A stretch of 45,631 bases of DNA from an uncultured Thermococci archaeon (GCA_964615185.1 CAZTOS010000009.1:1-45631), one strand, 5' to 3'; counted from the first letter of the stretch, positions 8,901 through 18,620 are shown. The notes: generated from the sequence alone by a model not told the origin. Program-made: numbers and translations.

Positions 8901-9520
8901 AGTTTGTCCAGTTGTCTCTTAACCTCATGAATAAGCAAATCCACTCTTGCAAGATTTTCTTCTGCTTGCTTGAGTTCTTCCATAGCTTTCTTTTTCTTTG
9001 CATCATATTCTGCAATCCCAGAAATCTCGTCAATTATCATTCTCCTTTCAAGAGGACTCATTTTGATGAACTTTGTGATATCACCTTGGAGAACCAAGTT
9101 GTATCCTTCAGGAGATATCATTGCAGCACTTAACATATCAAGAATATCGCTCCTGCTTGTTCTTTTACCATTAAGCCAGTATGTGCTTCTGCCATCTGGA
9201 TATACTCTCCTCTTTATCACAACTTCATCCTCATCCACTGGAAATCCTCGATCTTCATTATTAAAATAAATTACAACTTCAGCATATTTTGCAGGAGGTT
9301 CTTTTTTAGTCCCTGCAAAAATTAGATCGCTTATTCTTGTAGCACGCATTGCTTTAGCAGAAAGCCCTCCAAGGACAAAAAGGATAGCATCACCAATATT
9401 ACTCTTCCCGCTTCCATTGGCACCCACTATTGCCGTAAAGCCCTTAGAAAAGGGCACAACAACTTTCTTACTTCCATATGATTTGAATCCTTTCATCTCA
9501 AGTTTTTCGATGTATGGCAT
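5993..9520 (-). CDS. smc: Chromosome segregation protein SMC
   Basis: GFKSY, Walker A GANGSGKSN, long coiled coils, hinge (GRLTFLPL, GAIVGG), signature MSGGEK and Walker B FDEIDAHLD. Confidence 0.98.
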   Translation of the reverse strand: MPYIEKLEMKGFKSYGSKKVVVPFSKGFTAIVGANGSGKSNIGDAILFVLGGLSAKAMRATRISDLIFAGTKKEPPAKYAEVVIYFNNEDRGFPVDEDEVVIKRRVYPDGRSTYWLNGKRTSRSDILDMLSAAMISPEGYNLVLQGDITKFIKMSPLERRMIIDEISGIAEYDAKKKKAMEELKQAEENLARVDLLIHEVKRQLDKLEKERNDALRYLDLKERLEKAKVTLLVGEIKRLEKLIKESEERDKQIEGEAKEVENKLKEIAKGIIEKENLLAKIERELEEKSEDGILELTRKISDVKSKIEMAKKNIELAKKEIEESQRRLIKSKEELKKISEEIEKNKSAIQRWSRRKEKLLKEIEEKEKERNELIVKLGEIDKNFTIAKQKFDKVTEELENTKRDFYMKESDIKKFEEEIERLKSKVVQNNAKRLTLKNKIADLKTKIDEKKAELGEIESKMQKRESQLRKVEKELKEKQQKLQKVIPDLEKVKQELIRAEAQREVSKNKALEALKRANISGVYGSLAELIRVKDDNYFVAIDVALGSHADNVVVEDDRVAEKAIKFLKENRLGRLTFLPLNKIKPRSLKEAPLGIPAMDVVDYDPKFKNAVAFALGDTLIVNDMDEARAVGIGKVRMVTLGGELLEKSGAIVGGYYKPRARLAVNTEELKKKVEALGREKERLESEINALKVEYRGLERELFELRMKKSDVSKDLDVLQKDMDRLLKEDKLLSEEIKESEELIKALEKKIYDTKGELAKLKGKIERLEKKKDKLKKALDNPEARELNQKIREIEHEISKLREELSKVESKLESLNVRINEELLPRKASLEEEIEGLVNRINAFKQSIAKNEEDIAKLQEELKKLEEQESEVKEELKALRDKREELKKEIIQLREEKDKLNNRLQELRIEANTLKIKIAQYNAQLQEKNRELKHHDTKLVKEIPLDLEKLREEIEQMEEEIKELEPVNMKAIEDFEIVERRYMELKSKRERLEAEKESILEFIDEIEAQKKNVFMTTLNAIARNFSELFAKLSPGGSARLILENPDDPFSGGLEIEAKPAGKEVKRIEAMSGGEKALTALAFVFAIQRYKPAPFYLFDEIDAHLDDANVKRVADLIKEASQHSQFIVITLRDVMMANAEKIIGVSMRDGISRVVSLSLEKAMEYLEKARRRNALGV

Positions 9521-9593
9521 TTTATACACCTAAGGGGAAAGATTAGATGTGAGGTTATATATAAGTTACTGAAGTGAGGGAAAAATCAAAATA

Positions 9594-10046
9594 TCACCCC
9601 TCAACAATGCGTTTAAGAAGAGCAACGGTTCTATCATCAAGCCCCTCACTAATAGTAACAATAAACCCTGAATTGTTCAAAAGTGCAATATCTCTGAGCT
9701 TCCCTGCAAACTTCAGCGCCGTTTCAAGCCCTTGCTCCATCATCAGATATTCAAAGGCATCCAAGACAATTATTGGGGACTCGTTAATAAGTTCCAATAT
9801 TTTCTGCTCGATAATGTGAAGATCAGAAGGAGAAACTGCATCTGGATGTTCAATTTTGCTCACCCAAATACAGAGAGTAAAACGGTCTCGACAATCTGAG
9901 GGATTCCTTGTTATCAAAACTTTCTTTCTGTTGGAAAATCTCCTCAGGATTTCTGATACTTTAGAATAATGAACCACTTGGAAAAGTGAAGTATTACCCA
10001 TTAACTCTGAGTTAAGATGTTCCTCATTCTTAAACATTCTAAACAT
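9594..10046 (-). CDS. DUF835 domain protein
   Basis: ITRNP, WVSK, AVSP.L, LDAFEYL..E.G....KF...LRD pattern typical of Thermococcales DUF835. Confidence 0.8.
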   Translation of the reverse strand: MFRMFKNEEHLNSELMGNTSLFQVVHYSKVSEILRRFSNRKKVLITRNPSDCRDRFTLCIWVSKIEHPDAVSPSDLHIIEQKILELINESPIIVLDAFEYLMMEQGLETALKFAGKLRDIALLNNSGFIVTISEGLDDRTVALLKRIVEG

Positions 10047-10249
10047 TGCTTACCCCTCTAAATATAACCTTAAGAGGAATTTTGCTCTGATAAAATATCT
10101 TGATACGTATTGGAACATGTAGATTTTAGGAATGGGGCATCTTGTTAATAATTAATTAAACCTTGAATTTTATAAAATTTTGTCCTTATTTTTTAGTAAA
10201 AGCATGCCCAAAAATATAGAAAAGGTGCAAGTTTTTAATACATAATTAG

Positions 10250-10651
10250 TCATTCTTCCCTTTCACATAATTCCAATAAAACCCCGTTAACACTTTTTGG
10301 ATGAACGAATGCTATTTTTGCCCCGCCAGCACCAATTCTCGGCTTCTCATCAATTAATCTAAATCCTTCCTCCTTAAGCTTTTCCAAGTGCTCTTCGATG
10401 TTCTCAACGCCAAGAGCAATGTGGTGAATACCCTCTCCCCTCTTGGCAATGAACTTCGATATTGGAGAATCCTCGCTCGTCCCTTCTAAAAGCTCAATTC
10501 TGCTTTCACCAACCTTGAACACTGCCACCCTAACCTTTTGGTCCGGAACTTCCTCAATCTCAGCAACTTTCAGCCCAAGCTTTTCCCAAACTTTTACAGC
10601 CTCATCTAAGTTCTTAACGGCAATACCAACATGGTCAATTTTCTTTATCAT
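10250..10651 (-). CDS. mce: Methylmalonyl-CoA epimerase
   Basis: [19 protein letters not shown] and FVHPKS..GVLLEL motifs (VOC fold); clustered with meaB. Confidence 0.93.
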   Translation of the reverse strand: MIKKIDHVGIAVKNLDEAVKVWEKLGLKVAEIEEVPDQKVRVAVFKVGESRIELLEGTSEDSPISKFIAKRGEGIHHIALGVENIEEHLEKLKEEGFRLIDEKPRIGAGGAKIAFVHPKSVNGVLLELCEREE

Positions 10652-11616
10652 ATTTTCACCCCCAGAGTTTCTTTCAAAACAACTTCAGCGGCAGAGTAAG
10701 GGTCAATTTCCCTCTTCACGATTTTATCAATAAGTTTTGATAACTCTTTGTCTCCAAGCCTTTCACTAATTTTTCTTGCAACAGAGTCGGAAACAATCGT
10801 CTTTACTTCCTCTTCTGCCCTAAACTTCCTCTTCCTCTCAATTTCGCCACTTTCCTCAAGGAACTTCCTGTGTTTCTTTATTTCTTCCCAGAGCTCTTTA
10901 ATTCCCCTCATAGTGACAGCCACGGTTTCGACAATCGGTGGCCTCCAGCCACGCTTCTCCCACTTCTCTGTTTCAAGGTCAAGCATTAGATTAAGCTCAA
11001 AGAAAGTTGCATCCGCCCCCTCTTTATCAGCCTTGTTTATGACAAATATGTCTGCAATCTCCATTAAACCCGCTTTGATTGCCTGAATATCATCTCCCAA
11101 ACCGGGAACTGTGACGAGGACTACAGTATCAGCGGTTTTTACAATGTCAACCTCAATCTGCCCAACACCAACAGTTTCAACAAAAATAACGTCGCACCCG
11201 TAAGCGTCAAGGACTTTAATGGCATCATTCGTTGCTTTAGCCAAGCCTCCGAGTGATCCACGAGTAGCCATGCTCCTAATGAAGACTCCAGGATCTGTCG
11301 AATGCCTTTGCATTCTAATCCTATCCCCAAGCAATGCTCCACCAGTGAATGGTGAAGTCGGATCAATGGCAATAACCCCAACTATAAGCCCTTCTTTCCT
11401 TGCTTGTTTTATCAGCTTATCAAGAAGAGTTGACTTCCCAGAGCCTGGCGGACCAGTAACACCAACGATATAAGCCCTTCCAGTATACTTGTAAATCTTT
11501 TTGATGATTTCGCGGGCCTTTTCCTCATCGTTTTCAACGAGGGTTATCAGTCTTGCAGTTGCCCTCTTATCCCCTTTGAGCATCCTCTCAATTAAGTCGT
11601 CAATCATTGGCATCAC
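10648..11616 (-). CDS. meaB: Methylmalonyl-CoA mutase-associated GTPase MeaB/ArgK
   Basis: [34 protein letters not shown] and NKAD motifs. Confidence 0.95.
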   Translation of the reverse strand: MMPMIDDLIERMLKGDKRATARLITLVENDEEKAREIIKKIYKYTGRAYIVGVTGPPGSGKSTLLDKLIKQARKEGLIVGVIAIDPTSPFTGGALLGDRIRMQRHSTDPGVFIRSMATRGSLGGLAKATNDAIKVLDAYGCDVIFVETVGVGQIEVDIVKTADTVVLVTVPGLGDDIQAIKAGLMEIADIFVINKADKEGADATFFELNLMLDLETEKWEKRGWRPPIVETVAVTMRGIKELWEEIKKHRKFLEESGEIERKRKFRAEEEVKTIVSDSVARKISERLGDKELSKLIDKIVKREIDPYSAAEVVLKETLGVKI

Positions 11617-11652
11617 TTGGTTTAATTATCCAACTAAGAAATATAAAGTTTA

Positions 11653-12093
11653 TCAGGCTCCCCTGAACTTCTTGAGCTTTGGAAGGCTCTCATCAATAAA
11701 CCTAATTATCTCATTAATTGGGCTTCCAGGACCAAAAACTTTTGCAACTCCTATTTTTTCAAGCTGTTCTGCATCGTCTGGTGGAATAATACCCCCAGCA
11801 ATCACTAATATGTCTTCATTCGGCTTAAGTCCTTTCTCTTCAAGAAGTTTGAGAATCTTCGGAATTAGAACCATATGAGCACCAGAAAGAATGCTAATCC
11901 CCAAAACGTCCACATCTTCTTGAATGACACTCTCAACAATCTGTTCGGGAGTTTGTCTAATTCCCGTATAGATAACTTCAAAACCTGCATCCCTCAAAGC
12001 TCTTGCAATGACTTTAGCACCCCTATCATGACCATCCAAGCCGGGTTTAGCTATGAGGACTCTAACTTTCGAGCGCTCAACCATTTCCACCAC
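11653..12093 (-). CDS. Methylmalonyl-CoA mutase, cobalamin-binding small subunit
   Basis: [11 protein letters not shown]12-binding motif, SILSGAH and GGIIP. Confidence 0.93.
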   Translation of the reverse strand: MVEMVERSKVRVLIAKPGLDGHDRGAKVIARALRDAGFEVIYTGIRQTPEQIVESVIQEDVDVLGISILSGAHMVLIPKILKLLEEKGLKPNEDILVIAGGIIPPDDAEQLEKIGVAKVFGPGSPINEIIRFIDESLPKLKKFRGA

Positions 12094-12349
12094 CGAAATT
12101 TCATTTGAGTAAAATAGTATTTAAAGGTTGTCAAAACTAAAGGGTCAACTTTACATTGGATATTTTGTCCAAATGTTTGGAAAGATAAAATTTACAAAAC
12201 TCGGCTCCTGCATGGTCGCAATATGACAGAAAACAAAATAGAAATGTGTCATTTCTAATCCAAATCTCTACAAATATTTACCATGTTTTGAATCTTAAAC
12301 CAAAAAGCATTTAACCGGACAAAGTACTACAATACGTCTGGTTTCTAAG

Positions 12350-13000
12350 ATGATGGATCTCCATACTCATACCCAATATTCTGATGGCATTGGAATGATT
12401 AGGGACAACATTGCTGAGGCAGAAAGGAAGAGGCTCAGGATAGTTGGCATAAGCGATCATATCCATTACTTCACTCCCAAACGACTCAATGCATATATTT
12501 CAGAAATTGAACAGATAAAAAAGGAGAGTGACATCACTGTTCTGGCTGGAATTGAGGCTAACATTCTCACAACAGGCGTTGATATAACCAGTGAAATGGC
12601 AAAAAAGCTTGATTATGTTATTGCTTCTGCTCACGTATGGCTTGATCCTGAAGGAATTGGTGCTTATCTTGATTTAATTAAAATAGCAATCCAAGACGAA
12701 GATGTGGATATAATCGGACATTTTGGTAATGTTTTTCCCTATATCGGATACCCAAGCTATGAGGAATATCTGGAAATTGTTGAGCTTGCTGAAGAGTATG
12801 ACAAAGCCTTTGAAATCAGCTCCCGCTATAGAGTTCCAGAGCTCGATTTCATCAAGCTATGTATTAAAAAGGGGATTAAGCTGACATTTGCAAGTGATGC
12901 CCATATGCCCAGTGAGGTAGGGGCCATTAGGTGGAGCGAAAAGGTCTTCAAAAAAGCTGGAGGAACGAAGGAAGACCTGCTATTTTCAGAACTGCTTTAG
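12350..13000 (+). CDS. PHP domain phosphoesterase
   Basis: DLHTHT.YSDG, SDH, GIE and SDAH motifs. Confidence 0.9.
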   Translation: MMDLHTHTQYSDGIGMIRDNIAEAERKRLRIVGISDHIHYFTPKRLNAYISEIEQIKKESDITVLAGIEANILTTGVDITSEMAKKLDYVIASAHVWLDPEGIGAYLDLIKIAIQDEDVDIIGHFGNVFPYIGYPSYEEYLEIVELAEEYDKAFEISSRYRVPELDFIKLCIKKGIKLTFASDAHMPSEVGAIRWSEKVFKKAGGTKEDLLFSELL

Positions 13001-13546
13001 TGGAAATCCGAGATTTTTAAGCTCGAGTACAACTTTAATTGGCAAGCCGACGACGTTGTAAAAGTCTCCATGAATCCACTCTATGAAAATGGCAGCTTTT
13101 CCTTGAATTGCATAGGCTCCAGCTTTGTCTAAAGGCTCTCCTGTGCTTACATACCACCTAATTTCTTCCTCACTAAGCTCCCTAAACTTAACTTTCGTGA
13201 CTTCAGAGCCGGTAATTTCTTTTCCTTCGTGAATTATGCAGTAACCAGTGATAACTTCATGAATCTTCCCGCTTAACAGCTTGAGCATTTTCTCTGCTTC
13301 TTCTTCATTTCTGGGCTTTTCAAGGGCTTTGTTCTCAAGGACAACTATTGTATCAGCTCCAAGAACAGTACCTCCCGTTCTGTTGTAAACTTCCCATACT
13401 TTCTTCCTTGCAACTTCAATTGCTTTTTCTCGTGGATTTTCCGCAATAACGCTTTCATCAGCGTTACTCGGCACTACCTCAAAGTTCTCAAAGAATCTCT
13501 CCAAAATTTCCCTTCGTCTCGGACTTTGGGATGCCAATATGAACAT
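12986..13546 (-). CDS. maf: Maf family nucleoside triphosphate pyrophosphatase
   Basis: ILASQSPRR, GADTIV, DKAGAYAIQG and NVVGLP motifs. Confidence 0.95.
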   Translation of the reverse strand: MFILASQSPRRREILERFFENFEVVPSNADESVIAENPREKAIEVARKKVWEVYNRTGGTVLGADTIVVLENKALEKPRNEEEAEKMLKLLSGKIHEVITGYCIIHEGKEITGSEVTKVKFRELSEEEIRWYVSTGEPLDKAGAYAIQGKAAIFIEWIHGDFYNVVGLPIKVVLELKNLGFPLKQF

Positions 13547-13582
13547 CGAAAGGGACTTAAGAACTTAGGATAAAAACCTTTC

Positions 13583-13641
13583 GGGCGATGATGATAATTT
13601 CGCTAGCTGAAGGTGATGACTACCCTCGCAACTGAGCTCCC
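13583..13641 (+). ncRNA. Archaeal C/D box 2'-O-methylation guide sRNA
   Basis: C box ATGATGA 13588-13594; 12-nt guide TAATTTCGCTAG; D' CTGA 13607-13610; C' GTGATGA 13613-13619; 12-nt guide CTACCCTCGCAA; D CTGA 13632-13635; short GGG/CCC terminal stem. Confidence 0.92.
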
Positions 13642-13654
13642 AAAATATAAAAAT

Positions 13655-16600
13655 TCAGAGGGAAGCCCAAATTTCAATTCCCGCTTCAAGCAGGCGTTTA
13701 AGCTCCCTTCCAATTGGCGTGTTCTTGTTCACCTTAACTATGCCCTTTTTTGATGGCGTTGCTGTGAACACATACTGCTCTCCGCCGAAGAACTTCAAAG
13801 GTTTCTTTGCGTAATCTGGTGAAACTCTTAGGACAATCTGCTTTTTCTTTTCTTCAACTTCAACTGGTATCTTCTCTTTTGGCATCTCTTTCATTTTCTC
13901 TTCAAAGCTCCTTACATCAATGCTTATGCCCAGTCTCTTCTCAATCTCTGTGATCCTCTTGCCTTTCTTTCCAATTATTGTAGGAATATCGAACTCATCT
14001 GCATATATCACCGCTTTGTGTGGACTCACAAGTTCGACCTCAGCATAAACATCGGGCAAGAATTTCTTTATTTCCTGCTTTAACCTCTTCTCAGCCAGTT
14101 TCATTGCAGGTGGCTTTTCCTTCTTTTTCACTGGAACAACACTTATTTCCTCACCGTAGGTGTAGATTTCATATTCAAGTTCTCCAGTCTCAAAGTCCCT
14201 AACCTCAATCACTGGCCTTGCCAAGTCTTCCTCCGTCATTCCGCTTGGTACCTTAACTTTATACTCAAGCGTAAGAACTTTATCAACCCTTCCCGCTTTG
14301 ATGAAAATCACTGTATCAACTATCTGCGGTATCATGCCCAATTCAACTCTCCCAATGAAACGCTGAATTGCATCTATGGGCTTAGTTGCATGAACCACAC
14401 CAACCATGCCAACTCCAGCCAGCCTCAGGTCAGCATAAATCTTGAAGTCACTTGTCTTCCTCATTTCGTCGAATATTGTATAATCAGGCCTAACTAAGAG
14501 TAAAACGTCTCCAGTTTTTTCCATTCTGCCACCAAGGGCTGTATATTGAGTTATTTCCTCGCCTACCTGCAAGTCTCTTGGCTTTTCCATTGTCTTAACT
14601 ATCTTGCCCATTGAAGCATAGTATTCAGCCAAGGCCTGAGCAAATGTCGAATTATGAACCAGCACCGGTGTGCTTCCAGCAATGAAGTTGTGGTTTGCCA
14701 CTGTTATATCATAAACCTCAAAGTTGCCCCTCAGCTCTTCAATTTCTTTGATCCTATCCCAGAAGATGTTTTCGTCAAGCATCAGGGTGAGATGGGAAAG
14801 ATACTCTTCAATTAGCTCGGCTCTGGTGTAGTACTCCTTAATTGCCATTTCAATTAGATTTTTGAGTGTTGAAACTCTTATCTCGGCTCCCGAAAGGAAA
14901 AGACTGAGCATCGATCGGGACATTGTACCCCATGTTAGCCGTCCAGTTTTTCTGAACAGCATTGTCAGCAGAGCTCTGACCTCATCACTGAGAAATTCCC
15001 AGATTTCAACTTCACGTTTCAGAAGGCCAGTTTCTTCATAAAAAGCCTTTATGAGTTTGGCTATTGTTGATGGCATAGGTATTCTTTCACCTTTAAGCCA
15101 CAGTTTGGGTCCTAAAGGATCAATTCTGTTTCTCCTATAGAAATCATTGGAAACATTAGAATGCACGAACTCCACAAGCTCTTTCCAACGGTTAAGCTCT
15201 TTTGCATACTCAGCGAGTTTTCTAACTGAGTTTTCAATTGAAAGATACTCTTTATAGAGTTGAAGGTATTCCAGGTAAACCTTCCTGAGTCTTTCTGGAG
15301 AATAAGAGGCCTTAAGCGGATCCTTGAAGGGTGTCCTAAGGAGAAGTCCAAGGTTTTTTATCGTTTCTCCAGCTGGAATTGTGCCAATGTTGGGATTAGA
15401 CTGAACATTGAGATGCTTTTCAAACCCATTAACTTTGAATCTTGGTTGGATGAGCTCATAAAACCTTCTTATATCTTCGGAGTTTTTTATAAGCACTCTG
15501 TAGTAGGGGATGCCCTTAACAAATTTCTCAGCTATTATTGATGGAATTCCAAGACGGAGGAGTAAGTAGTGAATCCCAAAAGCAAAGTCTCTGCTTGCCG
15601 TTACTATTTCAAGCTCCCTTCCGATGTGGCCGTCTCCTTCGAATACACCTCTAATGAAGGATGCTATTCTTCTCTCATCGGCACGGAATACAAGTTCTGG
15701 GACTCTTATTGTCCTTGCTTTTTTCTTCTTAGGGTACCCCAAGGCTTGAAGAAGCTTTTCAATTGTTTTTGATCTTCTAACACGCAATCTGCCTGGAGCA
15801 ACAAAGTAGAAGTCTCCCTCATCTACCCCGAAAACAGACATGACCAGATGTTTAAAGTGCTCCACCAAATTCTCATCAAAGTTGTTGAACTCAAAGGAAC
15901 TTCCAGAACCCTCAGCCCACATCAGTCCAAGGAGCTCAAAGAATTCATCACCAAGCTCAATGAACGGAGGTATCTCGCGTGAATCTCTGTGGTTTTTTCC
16001 TCTGTAAAATACTCCAACCGCTTCTTTGGGAGATGCTTCACTAAGTGGAACGATTCTGCCATCTCTAAGCCGCGCAAAGAAGCCCTTCTCAACCAGCTCT
16101 CCAATCCAGAGCCTTTCAGGGAGAGTGGAATTAACTCTGATTTTTCTCGGAACGGCTATGGGAGAGCCAACTTTGAGGTCATGAGCATCCTCCCAAATTA
16201 CAAATCCATTTTTTATAGTCAAGACAGGATGATTGGGGGTGAGGATTATTTCCCTACCCGTAGCAGTTTTTATCCTAAGAAGCCGGGTTTCGCTCCTCTT
16301 GTAAACTCGCTCAATTCTCTGTGCTTCAATTCTGTTATGAGACAACGTTAAGACTTTCATTCCTGGTCTTAACGAAGAAATTGGGGCAAAAGTCCCGTCA
16401 GCGAGAAGCACCGGTGTTTCCGGTGGTAAACACTTACCCTCTCCAGGGGCACCTGCTATAAGTATTCCTTCTGCTTTATCAGTCAACCTCTCCAAGAGCT
16501 TCTCGCTCAGCTCATAATCCTCAATGCTGAGCTTTACAATTGGTCTCACTGCTGTAATTTCAATTCTGTCAGCAAATGGTGGCTTTGCGATTACAATACG

Positions 16601-17245
16601 GTAGTTTCTAAGTTGAACAACGGTTGCTCCTGGCTCATCAAGTTCAATGAAAGATTCTGGATCTCTCTTTGCTCTCTCTACAATATCATCGGCAATCTCC
16701 TCAAGCTCCTCGTCTGTTAGTGGTTCCTCTCTAATCGGAACCAAACGCCATTCGCCAGGTTTTCCTTTCTTAGCTAATGGCCTTACACCAGCCTTAAGGT
16801 GAACGCTCATGGTGTGCTCATCAAAGAAATCTTCCAAACGGTGCTTTACCTCTTTTCTGCCTGTTAAATAGACAACTTCAATTCCCTTAGCTATTGCAAT
16901 ATCCCTCTGGACTTTGTCTCCAGTAATGAGAACTGCATTGAGCTCTCTTGCAACTTCTCTGACCATGTGGTCTATCTCTCCGGCTTTTGCTCTCTTAATC
17001 TGCCAAAGTTCTGGTCTCTCTCCATAGAATTCAAGTAAAATTTTGTTTTCATCTGCCATTTTTCTGAGCTTTTTGAGCTCTTCCAATCCTACATGACCTA
17101 TTGCTTTGCCCTCGTTAGCCTGATGCTCAATCTCAGCAATGACAGCCTCTGGAATGACAACCTTAACCTTCTCACCCAGACTCCCCAGATATTGAGTCAA
17201 TCTCCCATCTACAATCACACTTGTATCTGCCACAAACACTTTCAT
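13655..17245 (-). CDS. PIN domain-ATPase-KH protein (PINA-type), intein-containing; about 602 aa after splicing
   Basis: N-terminal PIN domain (DTSVIVDG, ELE, ITGD), split Walker A GAPGEGK/ST, FDEMR, GVVHAT and KH motif IIGKKG. Confidence 0.92.
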   Translation of the reverse strand: MKVFVADTSVIVDGRLTQYLGSLGEKVKVVIPEAVIAEIEHQANEGKAIGHVGLEELKKLRKMADENKILLEFYGERPELWQIKRAKAGEIDHMVREVARELNAVLITGDKVQRDIAIAKGIEVVYLTGRKEVKHRLEDFFDEHTMSVHLKAGVRPLAKKGKPGEWRLVPIREEPLTDEELEEIADDIVERAKRDPESFIELDEPGATVVQLRNYRIVIAKPPFADRIEITAVRPIVKLSIEDYELSEKLLERLTDKAEGILIAGAPGEGKCLPPETPVLLADGTFAPISSLRPGMKVLTLSHNRIEAQRIERVYKRSETRLLRIKTATGREIILTPNHPVLTIKNGFVIWEDAHDLKVGSPIAVPRKIRVNSTLPERLWIGELVEKGFFARLRDGRIVPLSEASPKEAVGVFYRGKNHRDSREIPPFIELGDEFFELLGLMWAEGSGSSFEFNNFDENLVEHFKHLVMSVFGVDEGDFYFVAPGRLRVRRSKTIEKLLQALGYPKKKKARTIRVPELVFRADERRIASFIRGVFEGDGHIGRELEIVTASRDFAFGIHYLLLRLGIPSIIAEKFVKGIPYYRVLIKNSEDIRRFYELIQPRFKVNGFEKHLNVQSNPNIGTIPAGETIKNLGLLLRTPFKDPLKASYSPERLRKVYLEYLQLYKEYLSIENSVRKLAEYAKELNRWKELVEFVHSNVSNDFYRRNRIDPLGPKLWLKGERIPMPSTIAKLIKAFYEETGLLKREVEIWEFLSDEVRALLTMLFRKTGRLTWGTMSRSMLSLFLSGAEIRVSTLKNLIEMAIKEYYTRAELIEEYLSHLTLMLDENIFWDRIKEIEELRGNFEVYDITVANHNFIAGSTPVLVHNSTFAQALAEYYASMGKIVKTMEKPRDLQVGEEITQYTALGGRMEKTGDVLLLVRPDYTIFDEMRKTSDFKIYADLRLAGVGMVGVVHATKPIDAIQRFIGRVELGMIPQIVDTVIFIKAGRVDKVLTLEYKVKVPSGMTEEDLARPVIEVRDFETGELEYEIYTYGEEISVVPVKKKEKPPAMKLAEKRLKQEIKKFLPDVYAEVELVSPHKAVIYADEFDIPTIIGKKGKRITEIEKRLGISIDVRSFEEKMKEMPKEKIPVEVEEKKKQIVLRVSPDYAKKPLKFFGGEQYVFTATPSKKGIVKVNKNTPIGRELKRLLEAGIEIWASL
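14651..16432 (-). mobile_element. Intein (594 aa) with LAGLIDADG homing endonuclease, inserted in the Walker A motif
   Basis: Starts CLPPETPVLLADG; block B TPNHPVL; endonuclease motifs LLGLMWAEGS and FIRGVFEGDG; ends VYDITVANHNFIAGSTPVLVHN followed by Ser+1. Confidence 0.96.
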
Positions 17246-17349
17246 AATCTCACCTCACAAGCCGTAATTATCTTGACTTATAATCTTTGTCATTTTCTAC
17301 GGCTAAAACTTCATAAAGGTTTAGGAATACAAAAAAATAAGGTGAGAAG

Positions 17350-18081
17350 ATGGGAAGGTTAATCTCAATAGTTTCTGGCAAAGGAGGGACTGGAAAAACC
17401 ACCACTACTGCTAATCTTGCGATTGCCCTCGGAAAATGCGGTTATAAAGTGTGTGCAGTTGATGCTGATTTGACAATGGCAAATTTAAGTCTGGTCATGG
17501 GATTGGGTAATGTTGATGTCACAATTCATGATGTTCTTGCCGGAGAAGCAAAGATAGAAGATGCCATATACCCCAGTAAATATGAGAATGTTGAAGTTGT
17601 TCCTGCAGCAGTAGACTGGAAAAATGTTATAAAAGCAGATCCAAGGAATCTTCCAGGTACAGTTAAACCTTTGAAAAATAAATTTGATTTTATTTTAATA
17701 GATTGTCCTGCAGGTCTACAGATGGATGCTATGAGTGCCATGCTTAGTAGTGAAGAAACAATTATAGTGACAAATCCTGAAATATCATGTATGACAGATT
17801 CAATGAAGGTTGGAGTTGTATTAAAAAAAGCGGGTTTAGTGATATTGGGATTCATCCTAAATCGCTATGGAAGGAGTGAGAATGACATACCTCCTGATGT
17901 AGCTGAAGAAGTCATGGAGGTACCGCTATTAGCTGTGATTCCAGAAGATCCCTCAGTCAGAGAAGCTACACTTGAAGGCATACCTGTAGTCGCTTATAAA
18001 CCAAAATCCAGAGGAGCAAAAGCATTCATGCTGTTGGCAGAGAAGATAATTGAAATTGGAAAATGGGTGACTCAAAAATGA
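17350..18081 (+). CDS. minD: MinD family ATPase
   Basis: SGKGGTGKTT, DADLTMANL, IDCPAG and GFILNR motifs. Confidence 0.88.
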   Translation: MGRLISIVSGKGGTGKTTTTANLAIALGKCGYKVCAVDADLTMANLSLVMGLGNVDVTIHDVLAGEAKIEDAIYPSKYENVEVVPAAVDWKNVIKADPRNLPGTVKPLKNKFDFILIDCPAGLQMDAMSAMLSSEETIIVTNPEISCMTDSMKVGVVLKKAGLVILGFILNRYGRSENDIPPDVAEEVMEVPLLAVIPEDPSVREATLEGIPVVAYKPKSRGAKAFMLLAEKIIEIGKWVTQK

Positions 18082-18620
18082 TAATCCGCAGGCTATGCAT
18101 TTGGAGAGTATTTGAAGAAAAAAGGGTACACAGTTGATGTGGATGTTAGAAAAACTGTAACTGTCGAAAGGATTATGGAAGTAAGGATATGAACCCAATG
18201 GAGCAATTGTGGAAAGTTATGATAGATTATTGCCATGCCTTGAGGAGTATACAGCCAAGATTTTGGAACTTAAGCAGAATATGTTCTTATTGATACTCCC
18301 GGTCAAATGGAAATTTTACCAGAGCCGCTTGTTGTCTATTATTTAGTCCAGAGGTCTAAGGCTCGGTTCAACCACAATTCTCCGCTTTGAATAAAATAGA
18401 CCTAACAGACGATTAAACAGACACAAGCAATATCTTATGGAATATTTAACATCCAGACTAAAGCTTAATCCCTCAACACGGGGATTGTTGGCATATAAAT
18501 TAGCCAGAAGTTTCTCCACCTGTTGGGATCTTGTATCTCTCAGCAAAGAGTGGGAAGGGATTCGAAGACTTAGAAACTGTTGCATATGAGCACTATTGCA
18601 CCTGTGGAGATTTGCCCTAA
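18078..18620 (+). pseudogene. Degraded GPN-loop GTPase gene (multiple deletions and frameshifts)
   Basis: Fragments in shifting frames: AFGEYLKKKGY, DVRKTVTVERIME, GYEPNGAIVESYDRLL, YVLIDTPGQME, LPEPLVVY, YLTSRLKLNPSTRGLLAYKL, LYLSAK and GFEDLETVAYEHYCTCGDLP*. The P-loop is missing. Confidence 0.88.

Noticed and set aside
6215..9269. Long Ser/Leu/Phe-rich plus-strand ORFs (for example 6516-7160 and 8376-8873)
   Set aside because: These are antisense shadows of the Glu/Lys-rich SMC coiled coil and show no independent coding signal.
5993..9520. SMC plus adjacent nuclease-like genes as a Wadjet/Lamassu-type defence system
   Set aside because: The SMC is a canonical full-length condensin with a hinge and cognate ScpA. 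The intervening genes are ordinary HEPN/MNT types.
10250..12093. Methylmalonyl-CoA cluster lacking the mutase large subunit
   Set aside because: Split mutases with separately located subunits are normal in archaea, so this is not evidence of a defect.
12148..12172. Short inverted repeat TTGGA-N7-TCCAA between the divergent B12-binding and PHP genes
   Set aside because: The arms are only 5 bp in AT-rich DNA and match no motif I can name, so it is compatible with chance.
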